Part shown: piece by piece, positions 23,745-35,487 of the stretch | Layout of the letters: each line of letters opens with the position of its first letter | How positions within the stretch are numbered: position 1 is the stretch's first letter | Assembly: GCA_963827475.1 (NCBI GenBank) | Contig: CAWHAZ010000005.1 | Coordinates: 480,001-544,000 of the forward strand | Reading direction: 5' to 3' | Length of the DNA stretch: 64,000 nucleotides | Source of the DNA: an uncultured Chloroflexia bacterium | GTDB taxonomy: Bacteria > Chloroflexota > Limnocylindria > QHBO01 | Position numbers and translations under genes: made by a program | The notes under the pieces: model-generated | Databases searched by the model: none | Told to the model about the DNA's origin: nothing | What the model saw: the letters and a program-made list of their open reading frames with translations, nothing else

Positions 23745-26081
23745 TCAGGCGCTGAGCGAGCTCTCCCAGCTGTGGGCGAGGGCCTCGGGCACCGCGTCGG
23801 CGGGGAGGGGCGGCGAGAAGTGGTAGCCCTGGCCCAGGCGGCAGCCCAGCTCCCGGAGGCGCACGACCTGGTCGCCGCGCTCGATCCCCTCCGCGAGGAC
23901 CTGGAGGCGGAGCGTCTGGCCCAGCTTGATGATCGAGCGGAGGAGGACCGGCACCTCCCGGTCGTCCCCAAGTGAGGCCGTGAACGATCGGTCGATCTTC
24001 AGCAGGTCCACCGGCAACCGCTCGAGGTAGCTGAGCGATGAGTAGCCGGTCCCGAAGTCGTCCATCGCCAGCTGGACGCCGAGGCCACGGAGGCGGATCA
24101 GCGTCTCCTCGGTATCGGCCACGTCGGCCATCAACGCGCTCTCGGTGACCTCCAGCAGCAGGCGGCCCGGGGCCAGCTCGGCGTCGCCCAGGGCGCCGGC
24201 CACCATGTCGACCAGGTGCGGATTCGCGAGTTGGCGGGTGGAGACGTTGACGCTGACCAGGGGCCGGTGGCCGTTCGTGACCGGCAGCGCGTTCGCCGCG
24301 TCCCAGTCCGCCATTTGGCGGCACGCTTCCCCGGCGACCCACGCCCCGAGCGGGACGATGAGACCCGTCTCCTCGGCGGCCGGGATGAACTCGGCCGGCT
24401 CGATGAGCCCGCGTTCGGGATGCCGCCAGCGAACGAGGGCCTCGAGGCCGGCCAGCCGGCCGTTGCGCAGGTCCACGAATGGCTGGTAGTGCAGGACGAA
24501 GTCACCGCGGCTGATCGCGTGCTCGAGCTCGGTCCGCAGCTCCTGCCGGCGGATGACGGCGAGGTGCATCCGCGGCTCGAAGAACTCGATCCGGCCCTTG
24601 CCGCGCGCCTTGGCGGTGTACATCGCCAGGTCGGCGTGACGAAGCAGGTCATCCGCGGACGTGCCTGCCTGGGTCACCGCCACCCCGGCGCTGCCCCGGG
24701 CGAACACCTGCTTGCCCTGCAGGTCGAACGGGGAGCGAAGGGCGGCGAGCACCCGCTCAGCCACCCGGCGGGCGGACTCGCGGTTCGTCTCCTCGAGCAG
24801 GATCGCGAACTCGTCGCCACCGAAGCGGGCGACCGTGTCCTCGGGCCGCATCACGCCGCGCAGCCGCTCCGCGACGGCGGTGAGGAGCTGATCACCCGCC
24901 GCGTGACCGAGGCTGTCGTTCACCGTCTTGAAGTCGTCGAGGTCGAGGAACACGACGGCCAGTGACCGCTTCGCGCGCTGGCGGGCCATGGCGTGCGCGA
25001 GGCGGTCCGCGAACAGGGCCCGGTTCGCCAGCCCGGTCAGCGAATCGTGGAACGCCTGGTGCTGGAGCTGGCGCTCGAGCTCCTTGCGGAGGGTGATGTC
25101 GTGGACGAGGGCCGAGAAGCTGACCGATTCTCCCGCCCCAACCGCCCAGATCGTGAGCTCGACCGGGAACTCCCGCCCGTCACGGTGCAGGGCGTTGACC
25201 TCGAACCGGGTGCCGAGGACCGGCCCCTCCCCGGTCTCGTGGAAGCGGGCGATCCCGAGCCGGTGCGCGTCGCGCTGCTCGAGGGGAATGATCCGATCGG
25301 CCAGCTGCCGGCCGATCATCTCGTCGCGGCTCCAGCCGAACGTCTGCTCCGCGGCGGTGTTCCAGTCGATGACCGCCCCGTCACGGTCCATGGCGATATA
25401 CGCGTAGCTCGCCGTCTCGATGATCCGGCGCGTCTGCTCCTCGCTCTGGCGGAGCGCCTCTTCGACGTTCTTCTGGTCGGTGATATCGACGATGTAGCCG
25501 CGGAAGAATGCCGGCACGCCGTGCTCGTCGGCGATGATCACCGCCTCGTCCCGAATCCAGACCACCTGTCCGTTGCGGGAGAGCATGCGGTACTCGCTGG
25601 CGCTCACCACTCCCGCCTCGCGGCTCCAGTCCTCGTCCTCTTCCTGCTGGACGCGGGCCCGGTCGTCCGGATGGATCTGCCGCATCCACAGCGTGGAGTC
25701 GGCCATCCACTCCTGCGCGCTGAAGCCGAGGAGGGACTCGATCCGCGGGCTGACGTAGTTCCAGGTCGCCTCCGGACCGAAGCCGGCGATGTACAGCGCG
25801 GCCGGCAGCCGCTCCACCAGGGCGCGGAACGTCCCCTCCTCGGATTCCAGGCCGGCCAGGTGGGCCCCGGCGCGGCTGGCGGCGGTGACCCGCTGCCACA
25901 GCATCACGCCCTGGGCCGCGGCCAGCATCACGAGCACCGCCGTGATCGCGCTGGTGACCATGAACTGGCGCGGCTGCATCCAGCTGGAGAGCAGCACGAG
26001 GATCGCGACTCCGACCGAGGACACGAAGATGAAGCCGGGCAGGAGGCGTTCCACCCGCCGGCGCGTTCGTCCGGTCGACAT
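23745..26081 (-). CDS. Membrane PAS-PAS-GGDEF-EAL diguanylate cyclase/phosphodiesterase
   Basis: Two N-terminal TM helices, IHPDD PAS/PAC, RPED-x5-[21 protein letters not shown]. Confidence 0.94.
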   Translation of the reverse strand: MSTGRTRRRVERLLPGFIFVSSVGVAILVLLSSWMQPRQFMVTSAITAVLVMLAAAQGVMLWQRVTAASRAGAHLAGLESEEGTFRALVERLPAALYIAGFGPEATWNYVSPRIESLLGFSAQEWMADSTLWMRQIHPDDRARVQQEEDEDWSREAGVVSASEYRMLSRNGQVVWIRDEAVIIADEHGVPAFFRGYIVDITDQKNVEEALRQSEEQTRRIIETASYAYIAMDRDGAVIDWNTAAEQTFGWSRDEMIGRQLADRIIPLEQRDAHRLGIARFHETGEGPVLGTRFEVNALHRDGREFPVELTIWAVGAGESVSFSALVHDITLRKELERQLQHQAFHDSLTGLANRALFADRLAHAMARQRAKRSLAVVFLDLDDFKTVNDSLGHAAGDQLLTAVAERLRGVMRPEDTVARFGGDEFAILLEETNRESARRVAERVLAALRSPFDLQGKQVFARGSAGVAVTQAGTSADDLLRHADLAMYTAKARGKGRIEFFEPRMHLAVIRRQELRTELEHAISRGDFVLHYQPFVDLRNGRLAGLEALVRWRHPERGLIEPAEFIPAAEETGLIVPLGAWVAGEACRQMADWDAANALPVTNGHRPLVSVNVSTRQLANPHLVDMVAGALGDAELAPGRLLLEVTESALMADVADTEETLIRLRGLGVQLAMDDFGTGYSSLSYLERLPVDLLKIDRSFTASLGDDREVPVLLRSIIKLGQTLRLQVLAEGIERGDQVVRLRELGCRLGQGYHFSPPLPADAVPEALAHSWESSLSA

Positions 26082-26218
26082 CGATTCCGACCCTAGCCCG
26101 CCCGGGTCCTGGGCACGATGGGCCAATGGTCCGGCTCGCGCGGGCGGCGCGATCGCGCCGCAATCGGGTGCGGCGGACGCGATTGCGAGCGCCTCTCCGT
26201 GCCGACTAGACTCCTCCG

Positions 26219-26749
26219 GTGACCGTCACCTCGACCGACGACCTGCGGAAGCTCATCCGCGAGGTCCCCGACTTCCCCAAGCCGGGCATCCTGTTCTACG
26301 ACATCACCACCCTGCTCAAGGACCCGGCTGCGTTCCGCGAGGTCGTCGACCGGATGGTGGAGCAGGTCCGCGGCACGCCGATCGACCTCGTGGTCGGGAT
26401 GGAGTCCCGCGGGTTCATCTTCAGCGCACCGATCGCCTATCAGCTGCAGGCGGGATTCGTCCCGGTCCGCAAGCTCGGGAAGCTGCCGGCCGAGACGATC
26501 GAGGTCGAGTACGCGCTCGAGTACGGCACGGCCACCCTGGAGATCCACCGCGATGCCATCCAGGCCGGGCAGCGGGTCCTGATCGTCGACGACCTGCTCG
26601 CCACCGGCGGGACGGTGATGGGCACCATCGAGCTCGTCCAGCGCCTCGGTGGGGAAGTCGCCGGCCTGTCGTTCATGGTCGAGCTCAGCGCCCTCCGCGG
26701 GCGCGAGCGACTCTCGCAGTTCGCCATCCACGCCCTGCTCACCTATTGA
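26219..26749 (+). CDS. apt: Adenine phosphoribosyltransferase
   Basis: [30 protein letters not shown]. Confidence 0.96.
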   Translation: MTVTSTDDLRKLIREVPDFPKPGILFYDITTLLKDPAAFREVVDRMVEQVRGTPIDLVVGMESRGFIFSAPIAYQLQAGFVPVRKLGKLPAETIEVEYALEYGTATLEIHRDAIQAGQRVLIVDDLLATGGTVMGTIELVQRLGGEVAGLSFMVELSALRGRERLSQFAIHALLTY

Positions 26750-26772
26750 CCGATACGCGAACGGGCTAACGG

Positions 26773-27646
26773 ATGACCACGGCGTCGGCCACCGCCTGGC
26801 ACGCCCGCCCGGTCACCGACCGGGAAGAGGCCGCCGTCTTCCTTCGGACCGACCGCCTGTACGCCGCGTACGCCCTCGGTGATCTCGATGCCGCCGCTCG
26901 TCGGCGGGCGGTGTGGGGGATGGCCTACGACGAAGCCGGCCGGCCGCGCGGCCTGGCCATGCAGCACATGGGCCTGCCACCGCAGCCGCTGTTCCTGATG
27001 GGCGACCCGGATGCCTGCCGGGCCATCCTGTCGTCCGTCGTTCGCCCGCGCTACGCCTTCGTCCAGGCCCGCCACGACCTCGCCTCCGCCTTCAGCGAGC
27101 TCTACCGCGTCGACCTGCCGGCCGGCCTGCTCCGGATGGTCGTCGACCGGGGCGACGTTCCGCCCGGTGGCGAGCGGCGCCGAGCGCCTGGTACCGGCCG
27201 ATATCGGTGACCTCAACCGGCTGTACCAGCTCGGCCTGGGCGGTGGGTTTCCCGCCTCCATCCTGGAGGACGGGGTCTACTACGGGGTCCGCGTCGGTGG
27301 GCGACTGGTCGCGGCCGCCGGGACCCACGTCATCAACGAGGCGGAGGGGATCGCGGTCGTCGGCAACGTCCTGACCCACGTCGGCCACCGTGGCCAGGGC
27401 CACGCCAAGGCCGCCACCTCCGGCGTCACGGCCGAGCTGCTGGGCCGCGTCCCGGACGTCGCCCTCAATGTCTACGCCGACAACGAGCCGGCGATCGCGG
27501 CCTATGCCCGGCTGGGGTACGGTGAGTACTGCCGCCTCGGCGAGTGGGTCGCCTATCGTCGCGCCGGCGGCTGGGATCTCATCCGCCCGCTTCGCGCAGC
27601 CCTGCGCTGGAGCTGGCCCCGAACCGACCGAGGACCGAACCGATGA
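26773..27646 (+). CDS. GNAT acetyltransferase, FR47-like (frameshift near 27150)
   Basis: [29 protein letters not shown]; N-terminal half lies in ORF 26773..27210. Confidence 0.8.
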
Positions 27647-27656
27647 TGGAGGCACC

Positions 27657-28910
27657 GTGAGCGACATTCGAGACCCTGGACTGGCCGACGAGGGCGCGCT
27701 GCGCATCGAGTGGGCAGACCGCCAGATGCCGGTCCTGGCCGGCATCCGCGACCGCCTGACCGCCGAGCGGCCGCTTGACGGCTGGCGGGTCAGCGCCTGC
27801 CTCCACGTCACGGCCGAGACGGCCAACCTGGCGCGGACCCTGGCCGCCGCGGGCGCGGACGTGGTGCTGTGCGCCTCGAACCCGCTGTCGACCCAGGACG
27901 AGGTCGCCGCCGCGCTGGTCAGCGACCACGGCATCGAGGTGTTCGCGATCAAGGGCGAGGACCGCGACACCTACTACGGCCACATCAACGCCGCCCTCGA
28001 CCATCGGCCCCAGCTGACCATGGATGACGGTTCCGACCTCGTCGGGGAGCTGCACAAGCATCGGTCCGACCTGCTGACCGAAGTCAGGGGCGGGACCGAG
28101 GAGACGACGACCGGCGTCATCCGGCTGCGGGCGATGGCCGCCGACGGCGCGCTGCGCTATCCGATCCTGGCGATCAACGAGGCCCTCACCAAGCACCTGT
28201 TCGACAACCGCTACGGCACGGGGCAGAGCGCGATCGACGGCATCCTGCGCGCGACCAACGTCCTGATCGCCGGCAAGACGGTCGTCGTTGGCGGCTACGG
28301 CTGGGTGGGGCGGGGCATCGCGTCCCGGGCGCATGGGATGGGGGCCAACGTCGTCATCGTCGAGATCGATCCGATCCGGGCCCTGGAGGCGGCGATGGAC
28401 GGCTTCCGGGTCATGACCAGTCTCGATGCCGCCGAAGCTGGCGACCTGTTCATCACCGCCACCGGCAACCTGCACGTGTTCGGCGGCGACCACTTCCGCC
28501 TGATGCGTGATGGCGCGATCCTGGCCAACGCCGGCCACTTCAACGACGAGTACGACCTGCCCGCGCTCGACGACATGGCCGCCGAGCAGCGAGACGTGCG
28601 CCCGTCGACCCGCGAGTACCGCCTGGCCGATGGCCGGCGGATCTACCTGCTGGCGGAGGGCCGGCTGGTCAACCTGGCGGCGGCCGAGGGCCACCCCAGC
28701 CTGGTCATGGACCTGTCATTCGCCAACCAGGCCCTCGGCGTGGAGTGGATCAGCCAGCACCACGCCGAGCTCGAGCCGCGGGTCTACGAGATCCCGCTCG
28801 AGATCGACCAGGAGGTGGCACGCCTCAAGCTGGCGAGCATGGGGATCGCCATCGACCGGCCCACCGACGAGCAGGTCGCCTACGCCGCCTCCTGGCAGCA
28901 GGGAACCTGA
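27657..28910 (+). CDS. ahcY: Adenosylhomocysteinase
   Basis: [37 protein letters not shown]; GGAGG RBS. Confidence 0.96.
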   Translation: MSDIRDPGLADEGALRIEWADRQMPVLAGIRDRLTAERPLDGWRVSACLHVTAETANLARTLAAAGADVVLCASNPLSTQDEVAAALVSDHGIEVFAIKGEDRDTYYGHINAALDHRPQLTMDDGSDLVGELHKHRSDLLTEVRGGTEETTTGVIRLRAMAADGALRYPILAINEALTKHLFDNRYGTGQSAIDGILRATNVLIAGKTVVVGGYGWVGRGIASRAHGMGANVVIVEIDPIRALEAAMDGFRVMTSLDAAEAGDLFITATGNLHVFGGDHFRLMRDGAILANAGHFNDEYDLPALDDMAAEQRDVRPSTREYRLADGRRIYLLAEGRLVNLAAAEGHPSLVMDLSFANQALGVEWISQHHAELEPRVYEIPLEIDQEVARLKLASMGIAIDRPTDEQVAYAASWQQGT

Positions 28911-28914
28911 TCCG

Positions 28915-29463
28915 CTAGTTGCTGGCCTGGAAGTCCCCGCTGATGTTGATCCCGAGGACCGCTCCCCCGGTGGCCGAGAAGCCGGCCTGGTCGGAACACT
29001 CGAAGCTGCCGGCGGCGCCGTCTTCGTCGTGCTGAGTGATGTTCCAGTCGCAGTCCGCGGCCGGGATGACGAGGTCCTCGGTGACGTACTGGAATACGTT
29101 GTTCGCGTCATCGCCCTCCGGACCGATGGTGATGATCACCCCGTTCGCTTCGGTGGCATCCGTGTCGTCGGTGAAGACGAGGAACGAGACGCCGGCCTGC
29201 TGGAAGTAGGCGAAGTTACCGGCAAACGGCAGCTCGTCGCTCACGCTGTGACCGCCGCTCATCTCGAACTGGACCGAGCCGCTGCCGGTCCCGCCGCCAC
29301 CGCCACCGCCACCGGACTGGCTCTGGCCGGGCTCTTCGGATTGCGCAGGCGGCTCGCCGCCGGCTGAGGCACCAGGTTCACCACTACCCGAGGGGGAGGC
29401 GCACGCGGCAAGGATGAGTCCGATGAGAATGATGAGGACAGAGAAAACGTGTGGGCGACGCAT
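28915..29463 (-). CDS. Hypothetical lipoprotein
   Basis: AGGAGA RBS, lipobox ILAAC, Gly/Ser linker, beta-rich domain with two Cys. Confidence 0.7.
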   Translation of the reverse strand: MRRPHVFSVLIILIGLILAACASPSGSGEPGASAGGEPPAQSEEPGQSQSGGGGGGGGTGSGSVQFEMSGGHSVSDELPFAGNFAYFQQAGVSFLVFTDDTDATEANGVIITIGPEGDDANNVFQYVTEDLVIPAADCDWNITQHDEDGAAGSFECSDQAGFSATGGAVLGINISGDFQASN

Positions 29464-29595
29464 GTGATTCTCCTGTGCGAACGGCGGTCGAGTACTCGTC
29501 GACCGGGTTGAAGCGCCGATAGTAGCCTGCCCCCGCGGCCCCGAATACCCCTGAGCGGTGGTCGGCCCGGAGACCAGCCCCTACACTCGCCCCCC

Positions 29596-30225
29596 GTGGC
29601 CGCATCTGTCCCAGTCCGATGGGGACCGCCCCCGCCCGGGCCGATGAGCCGGTTCGCCCGGTGGCTCCGCGGTCTGGCCGGCGCGAAGCCCGAGCCGGTC
29701 GAGCGCCTCCCCGACCTGCCCGTCGCGCTCCGTCGCGCCCCGCTCGCCGTGCCGTACCTCGACGCGGAGCGGGACGGGGACCAGAAACGAGCGGGAGCGG
29801 CCGCCATGGCGGCGGCGGAGGCGGGGATCGCCGCCGAGGCATGGTGGGTGGCCGATTTGTGGGCCCATCGCGCGCTGTGGCATTTCGAGCGCGCGGAGAT
29901 GGCACTCCAGTCGACCCGAGCGGCGCGTCGCATCGGCGACCTGCGCGTGGCGGGCGGCGACCCGGCCAGTGCCCGGCGGTACTATGCCGAGGCGATCAGC
30001 GAGGCCCGTGACCTCGGCGCCGAGCGCGAGGAGGGCCTGGCCGCCTACGGGATGGGCCGTGCCGAACTGGAGCTGGGCAACGTGACTGCCGCCCGCAAGC
30101 TGGCGACCATTGCCGTCGGCCTCCTCGAGCGCTGCGAGGCGCCCGCGGATGAGCTGGCGGCTGCCCGGGATCTGCGCGGCACGGAGGTTGCCGTCCAGGA
30201 GCCCGGGCCCGTGGGCGACGCATGA
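29596..30225 (+). CDS. Hypothetical TPR-like protein
   Basis: Helical repeat pattern (IGDLRVAGGDPASARRYYAEA...MGRAELELGN); ATGA overlap with proC. Confidence 0.6.
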   Translation: MAASVPVRWGPPPPGPMSRFARWLRGLAGAKPEPVERLPDLPVALRRAPLAVPYLDAERDGDQKRAGAAAMAAAEAGIAAEAWWVADLWAHRALWHFERAEMALQSTRAARRIGDLRVAGGDPASARRYYAEAISEARDLGAEREEGLAAYGMGRAELELGNVTAARKLATIAVGLLERCEAPADELAAARDLRGTEVAVQEPGPVGDA

Positions 30226-31073
30226 CCGACCGGCGCGCGATGAAGGTCGGGATCGTGGGGGCGGGTGTGATGGCCGAGGCCATGATCACCGGCCTGCTTG
30301 CCGACAAGGCGGTACGCCCGGCGGACCTGGTCGCGTCCCATCCGCGTCGAGAGCGACGGACGGCCCTCGGCGCCCAGCACGGCATCTCGGTCGTGGCGCG
30401 CAACCGCGATGCGGTCGCGGATGCGGACATCGTCGTGCTGGCGGTCAAGCCGCAGATGCTGCGGAGCGTGATGCGCGAGCTGGGGCCGGTCCTGGCCGAT
30501 GGCCAGGTCGTGCTCTCCATCGTCGCGGGCGCCACCCTGAAGACGCTGGCCACGGGTCTTGCGCACGCGGCGGTGGTGCGAGCCATGCCCAACACGCCGG
30601 CCCAGATCCGCAAGGGGATCGCGGTGTGGACCGCCTCGCCCGCGTGCAGCGCGGCGCAACGCGACCGTGCCCGCGCCGTCCTCCGCGCCCTGGGCGACGA
30701 GCGCCAGGTCGACGACGAGGACTTCGTGGCCATGGCCACCGCCCTGTCGGGCACGGGCCCGACCTACCTGTTCGCGGTCATGGAGGCGCTGGTCGACGCC
30801 GGCGTGCACCTCGGTTTCCCCCGCGACCTGGCCCACGACCTGGTGGCCGAGACCCTGGTCGGCTCGAGCGAGTACGCGGCTGCCTCCAACCTGCATCCCG
30901 CGCAGCTGCGCAACGCGGTGACCTCGCCCGGCGGGACGAGCGCGGCCGCGATCTACGAGCTCGAGAAGGGCCGCCTCCGCACCGTCCTGTCCGACGCGGT
31001 GTGGGCTGCCTACCGGCGCACGACCGAGCTCGGCGAGCGGCTGGAGGCCGAGACCCTGGCCGACAACGGCTGA
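30222..31073 (+). CDS. proC: Pyrroline-5-carboxylate reductase
   Basis: GAGVMA, LAVKPQ, RAMPNTP, VTSPGGTS. Confidence 0.96.
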   Translation: MTDRRAMKVGIVGAGVMAEAMITGLLADKAVRPADLVASHPRRERRTALGAQHGISVVARNRDAVADADIVVLAVKPQMLRSVMRELGPVLADGQVVLSIVAGATLKTLATGLAHAAVVRAMPNTPAQIRKGIAVWTASPACSAAQRDRARAVLRALGDERQVDDEDFVAMATALSGTGPTYLFAVMEALVDAGVHLGFPRDLAHDLVAETLVGSSEYAAASNLHPAQLRNAVTSPGGTSAAAIYELEKGRLRTVLSDAVWAAYRRTTELGERLEAETLADNG

Positions 31074-31086
31074 GGGCCGGTCACCG

Positions 31087-32151
31087 ATGTACGCCCTCGT
31101 CATGGCCGGCGGGTCCGGCACCCGGCTGTGGCCGCTCTCGCGACGGAAGACCCCGAAGCAGCTGCTCCCGCTCACCGGCGAGGCGAGCCTGCTCCAGCAG
31201 ACGGTCGCCCGCCTCGAGCCGCTCCTCGAGCCGCACGACATCTACGTCATCACCGCCGAGTCCCACGTCCACGCCACGCAGCGGCAGCTCCCTCAGCTGC
31301 CGGAGGGGAACATCCTGGGAGAGCCCCTGGCCCGCTCCACGGCGGTGGCGGCCGCCCTCGGGTCGCTCCTCGCCCGGCGCCAGACCGATGAGGTGGCCAT
31401 CGTCCTGCCCGCCGACCACCACGTGGCCGATGCCGACGCCTTCGTCGCCGCCATCCGCGAGGCGGTGGTCACCGCCGAGCGGGGATACCTCGTCGTCCTG
31501 GGCGTCATCCCCGGCCACCCGGCCACCGGCTACGGCTACGTCATCCGGGGCGAGCAGCTGTTCGCCACCGGGACGGCGGCCGTCACCGAGTTCGTGGAGA
31601 AGCCGAACGCGAAGGCGGCGAAGGAGCTCGTCGCGGCGGGGGCGCTGTGGAACGCGGGCGTGTTCGTGTGGAGCGGCTATGCCTTCCGCCAGGCCCTCGA
31701 GAAGTACCAGCCCCCACTGGCCGAGGCCCTCGACCAGGTGGCTCGCATCCCGCGCACGCCCGGCTGGCAGACCGATGCCCGTGCCCTGCTCGAGCCACTC
31801 CCCGCCATCAGCATCGACGCCGGCATCGCCGAGCCGGCGGCCGCCGAGGGCCGGATGGCGGTCGTCGCGCTGGACGCGGGCTGGTCCGACATCGGCTCCT
31901 GGTCGGCGCTGCTGGAGGCCCTCAGCCGCCAGAGCGGCAAGAGCCTGGTGGCCTCCGGGGAGCACCTCGACCGCGGATCGCAGCGGGTCCTCGTCCACGG
32001 CGGGGAGCGACTGGTGGTCACCGTCGGCCTGCGGGACGTGATCATCGTGGACACCCCCGACGCGCTCCTCGTCTGCGCCCGCGACCGGGCGGAGGAGATC
32101 AAGCCCATCCTCGACGAGATCGGGGAGGCGACCGGCGACCGCTACCTCTAG
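31087..32151 (+). CDS. manC: Mannose-1-phosphate guanylyltransferase
   Basis: MAGGSGTRLWPLSR...PKQ, PADH, FVEKP, WSDIGSW. Confidence 0.93.
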   Translation: MYALVMAGGSGTRLWPLSRRKTPKQLLPLTGEASLLQQTVARLEPLLEPHDIYVITAESHVHATQRQLPQLPEGNILGEPLARSTAVAAALGSLLARRQTDEVAIVLPADHHVADADAFVAAIREAVVTAERGYLVVLGVIPGHPATGYGYVIRGEQLFATGTAAVTEFVEKPNAKAAKELVAAGALWNAGVFVWSGYAFRQALEKYQPPLAEALDQVARIPRTPGWQTDARALLEPLPAISIDAGIAEPAAAEGRMAVVALDAGWSDIGSWSALLEALSRQSGKSLVASGEHLDRGSQRVLVHGGERLVVTVGLRDVIIVDTPDALLVCARDRAEEIKPILDEIGEATGDRYL

Positions 32152-32194
32152 GGCTCGTCTCTGGGGCCGGCTCCTGGCGGCGTACCTGCGCCTC

Positions 32195-32782
32195 GTGGCG
32201 CGCACGGCGCGCATCGGTCCGGTCACCCGTGACGCGGTGGTCCTCGCCTTCTGGCACGAGTACAACCTGGGCCTGTATGTCATGGCCGCCGCTCGACGGG
32301 GCGACCTGCCGCACGCCTCGTTCACGACCGACACGCCACGGGGGACGGTGATCGCGACGATCTTCGAACGCCTGGCCCGCTCTCCGGGCCAGGTCGAGAT
32401 CCTCCGGCTCCCGGCCGAGCAGGATCGCGAGGCGGCACGCGCCCTCGCCCGCCGGCTGGGTGACCTGGGTCGCACCGGCTTTTCGCTGGTGGTCACGCCC
32501 GACGGGCCGTGGGGGCCGTACCGGGTCGCGAAGCCCGGCGTGCTCATCGTCGCTCGCCAGTCCGGCCTGCCGGTCCTTCCGGTGGCCGTCCACGCCCGCC
32601 CCGCGCTCCGACTCACTGGTCGATGGGACCGGCAGCTGCTGCCGCTGCCATTCTCCCGGCTGACCCTCGTGGCCGGAGACCCGATCGCGGTGGCCGCCGA
32701 TCGCCCGCTTCGTCCGCTCGTCGCCGTCGTGCAGGCAGCCCTCGAGGAGGTGACGAGCACCGCCGACGGGCGGCTACCATAA
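32195..32782 (+). CDS. DUF374 / lysophospholipid acyltransferase-like protein
   Basis: LAFWH, TPDGPWGP...KPG, WDRQLLPLPFSR; start uncertain. Confidence 0.75.
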   Translation: MARTARIGPVTRDAVVLAFWHEYNLGLYVMAAARRGDLPHASFTTDTPRGTVIATIFERLARSPGQVEILRLPAEQDREAARALARRLGDLGRTGFSLVVTPDGPWGPYRVAKPGVLIVARQSGLPVLPVAVHARPALRLTGRWDRQLLPLPFSRLTLVAGDPIAVAADRPLRPLVAVVQAALEEVTSTADGRLP

Positions 32783-32790
32783 GCCTGCCC

Positions 32791-34249
32791 GTGACCACGA
32801 TTCGCTTCGGGACGGATGGCTGGCGTGCGGCCATCGCCGAGGAATTCACGTTCCACAACGTTCGCCGCTGTGCCCGCGGGGTGGCCGACTACCTCACCGA
32901 GCTGGGAACCGCCGACCGGGCGGTGGTCGTTGCCCATGACCGGCGTTTCGCCTCGGAGCACTTCGCGCGGGCCTGCGTCGAGGTCCTCGCCGCGCACGGC
33001 ATCCGCAGCCTCATCCCGCCAGGGTCGGTCCCGACCCAGGTCGTGTCCTTCTTCACCCGCGAGCTGGGAGCCGGGGCCGGCATCGTGATCACGGCGAGCC
33101 ATAATCCGTGGACCGACAACGGCTTCAAGGTCAAGGCCGATACCGGCGGCGCGGCTGACCCGGCCATGCTGGCGGCGATCGAGGCCACCATGGATCGGTA
33201 CCCCGAAGACGAGCTCCCGCCCCGCCGGGACTACGACGACGCGGTGGCGGCGGGGCTGGTGGAGACGTTCGACCCGTACCCGCGCTTCCGCGACCAGCTG
33301 GCGTCGATCGTCGATCTCGAGCGCATCCGAGCCTCCAGCGGCAAGGTCCTGGTGGAGCCGATGTGGGGCTCGGGCGCCGGCTGGTTCAGCCGCCTCCTCG
33401 ATGGCGGCAGCCTGACCATCCGCGAGCTCCACACCGAACGGAACCCGTTCTTCGGTGGGGTCAACCCCGAGCCGATCCGCCCCAACATCGACGAGTGGCT
33501 CGAGGAGATCCCGCGCTGGGGCGCGGACATCGGTATCGCGTTCGACGGCGACGCCGACCGGGTGGGGATGGCGACCGAGGAGGGGGTGTTCGTCAACCAG
33601 CTGCAGGTCTACGGCCTGCTGTACTGGTACCTGCTCGAGGTGCGGGGCCAGATCGGTCCGGCGGTCTACACCGTGACGACCACGTCCATGGCCCAGCGCC
33701 TTGCCGAGCGATACGGCACCGTGGCCCACGAGACCGGGGTGGGATTCAAGTTCGTCGGGCCGAAGATGGCCGAGACGCGGGCGGTGATCGGGGGCGAGGA
33801 GTCGGGCGGGTTCGGGTTCGGGATGCACATTCCCGAACGGGACGGGCTGGCGGCGGGGCTGTTCCTGCTCGACCTGTGGCTGTCCCGCGGCCGCCGCGCG
33901 TCCGAGGTCCTCGCCGAGCTGCAGGCCATTGCCGGGCCGTCGTACTACAACCGGATCGACGTCCGGTTCAGCCGCGAGGAATATCCGGCCATCAAGCGCG
34001 ATACGCTGGCCCGCCTCCAGGACGAGGCGCCGACCGAGCTCGGCGGGGCGGCGGTCGTCCGCCGCCAGGCCCTCGACACCGGGGACGGCTTCAAGTTCTA
34101 CCGCGACGACGAGTCGTGGCTCCTCATCCGCTTCAGCGGCACGGAGGCCCTGCTCCGCATCTACGTCGAGGCCCGCTCAGCCGGGGGACGTAGAGAGCCT
34201 GCTGGAGGAAGGTCGCCGGATCGCGACCGCGGCCGCCGCACCGGCATGA
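32791..34249 (+). CDS. Phosphoglucomutase/phosphomannomutase (frameshift near 34185)
   Basis: FGTDGWR, TASHNP, FDGDADR, GGEESGG, RFSGTE. Confidence 0.93.
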
Positions 34250-34268
34250 GTCCCCACGTCAGCGCCTG

Positions 34269-35441
34269 ATGACGGACGCCCGCGACTTCTTCGGCTACAA
34301 GCATCCCGACGAGGAGCCCGGCCGCCGACCCGAAGGCGACGAGGGACCCGACTCCGACGCACCGCCCCCGTTCGACGAGGCCATCACCCTCGACGGGCCG
34401 GCCTTCGTGGCCCGCATCGATCGGGACGACATGCTCGGCCGCGTTCGCGCTCTGCCGCGTCAGCTCGCCGGCGCGCGGCAGGCGGCAACGGGGCTGGCCC
34501 TCACCGACCGCCATCGGGACGTGGACGTGGTGGTTCTGCTCGGGATGGGCGGATCGGCGATCGGGGGCGACCTGGTGGCCGCCGCCGCCGGGGAGCGGCT
34601 GCGGGTCCCACTGCTCATCCAGCGCGACTACCACCTTCCCTCCGGCCTGGGCGAGCGGACCCTGGTCGTGGCCGCATCGCACTCGGGGGAGACGATCGAG
34701 ACGGTGACCGCCGCCGCGGAGGCTCGGGCCCGGAACCTGCCGCTGGTCGTCGTCGCCACCGGCGGCCAGCTGGGGCGCCAGGCGGAGGCCGACGGAACGC
34801 CATGGCTCCGCTACGAGCAGCCCGGTCAGCCTCGGGCCGCGCTCGGATGGTCGGTCGGACTCCTGCATGAGCTGCTCGGCGCGGCCGGCCTGCTGGCCGA
34901 CCCGGACCCGCTCGGGCCAGTGGTCGCCATCCTCGACGAGGTCATGGAGCGCCTCGGCCCCACCGTCGACACCGACGCCAACCCCGCCAAGCAGCTGGCG
35001 TGGAGCATCCTCGGCCGGATCCCGGTCGTCTATGGGGCCGACCTGATGGCGCCGGTCGCACGACGGTGGAAGACCCAGTTCAACGAGAACGCGAAGTCAT
35101 GGGCGTCGTACGAGGCGATGCCCGAGGCCAACCACAACGCGATCGAAGGCTCGCTCAACCCCCGTGAGCTGGCCGACGCCCCGTTCGTGATCGAGGTCCG
35201 CGACCCGACCGAGTCGGAGGACATCACCGCGCGCTATCGGGTCGTGGAGGAGCTGCTCGGGGAGCGAGCCACCAATCGGGCCACGGTCTGGGCTGAAGGC
35301 CCCTCGCCGCTGGCCCGCGTGATGTCGGCGGTGGCCTGGGGCGACCTGGTGAGCGTGTACCTGGCGATCCTCTACCAGACCGACCCCACCCCGGTTACAC
35401 TGCTGGCAATGCTGAAAGAGCGGCTCGCCAGGTCAGACTGA
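34269..35441 (+). CDS. Bifunctional phosphoglucose/phosphomannose isomerase (SIS domain)
   Basis: GMGGSAIGGD, SHSGETIET, QPRAA, RWKTQFNENAK, PEANHN. Confidence 0.92.
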   Translation: MTDARDFFGYKHPDEEPGRRPEGDEGPDSDAPPPFDEAITLDGPAFVARIDRDDMLGRVRALPRQLAGARQAATGLALTDRHRDVDVVVLLGMGGSAIGGDLVAAAAGERLRVPLLIQRDYHLPSGLGERTLVVAASHSGETIETVTAAAEARARNLPLVVVATGGQLGRQAEADGTPWLRYEQPGQPRAALGWSVGLLHELLGAAGLLADPDPLGPVVAILDEVMERLGPTVDTDANPAKQLAWSILGRIPVVYGADLMAPVARRWKTQFNENAKSWASYEAMPEANHNAIEGSLNPRELADAPFVIEVRDPTESEDITARYRVVEELLGERATNRATVWAEGPSPLARVMSAVAWGDLVSVYLAILYQTDPTPVTLLAMLKERLARSD

Positions 35442-35487
35442 CGGGCGCCTGAACAGGGCGCCCTGGGCGCCTGGAGGAGTAGCAATC

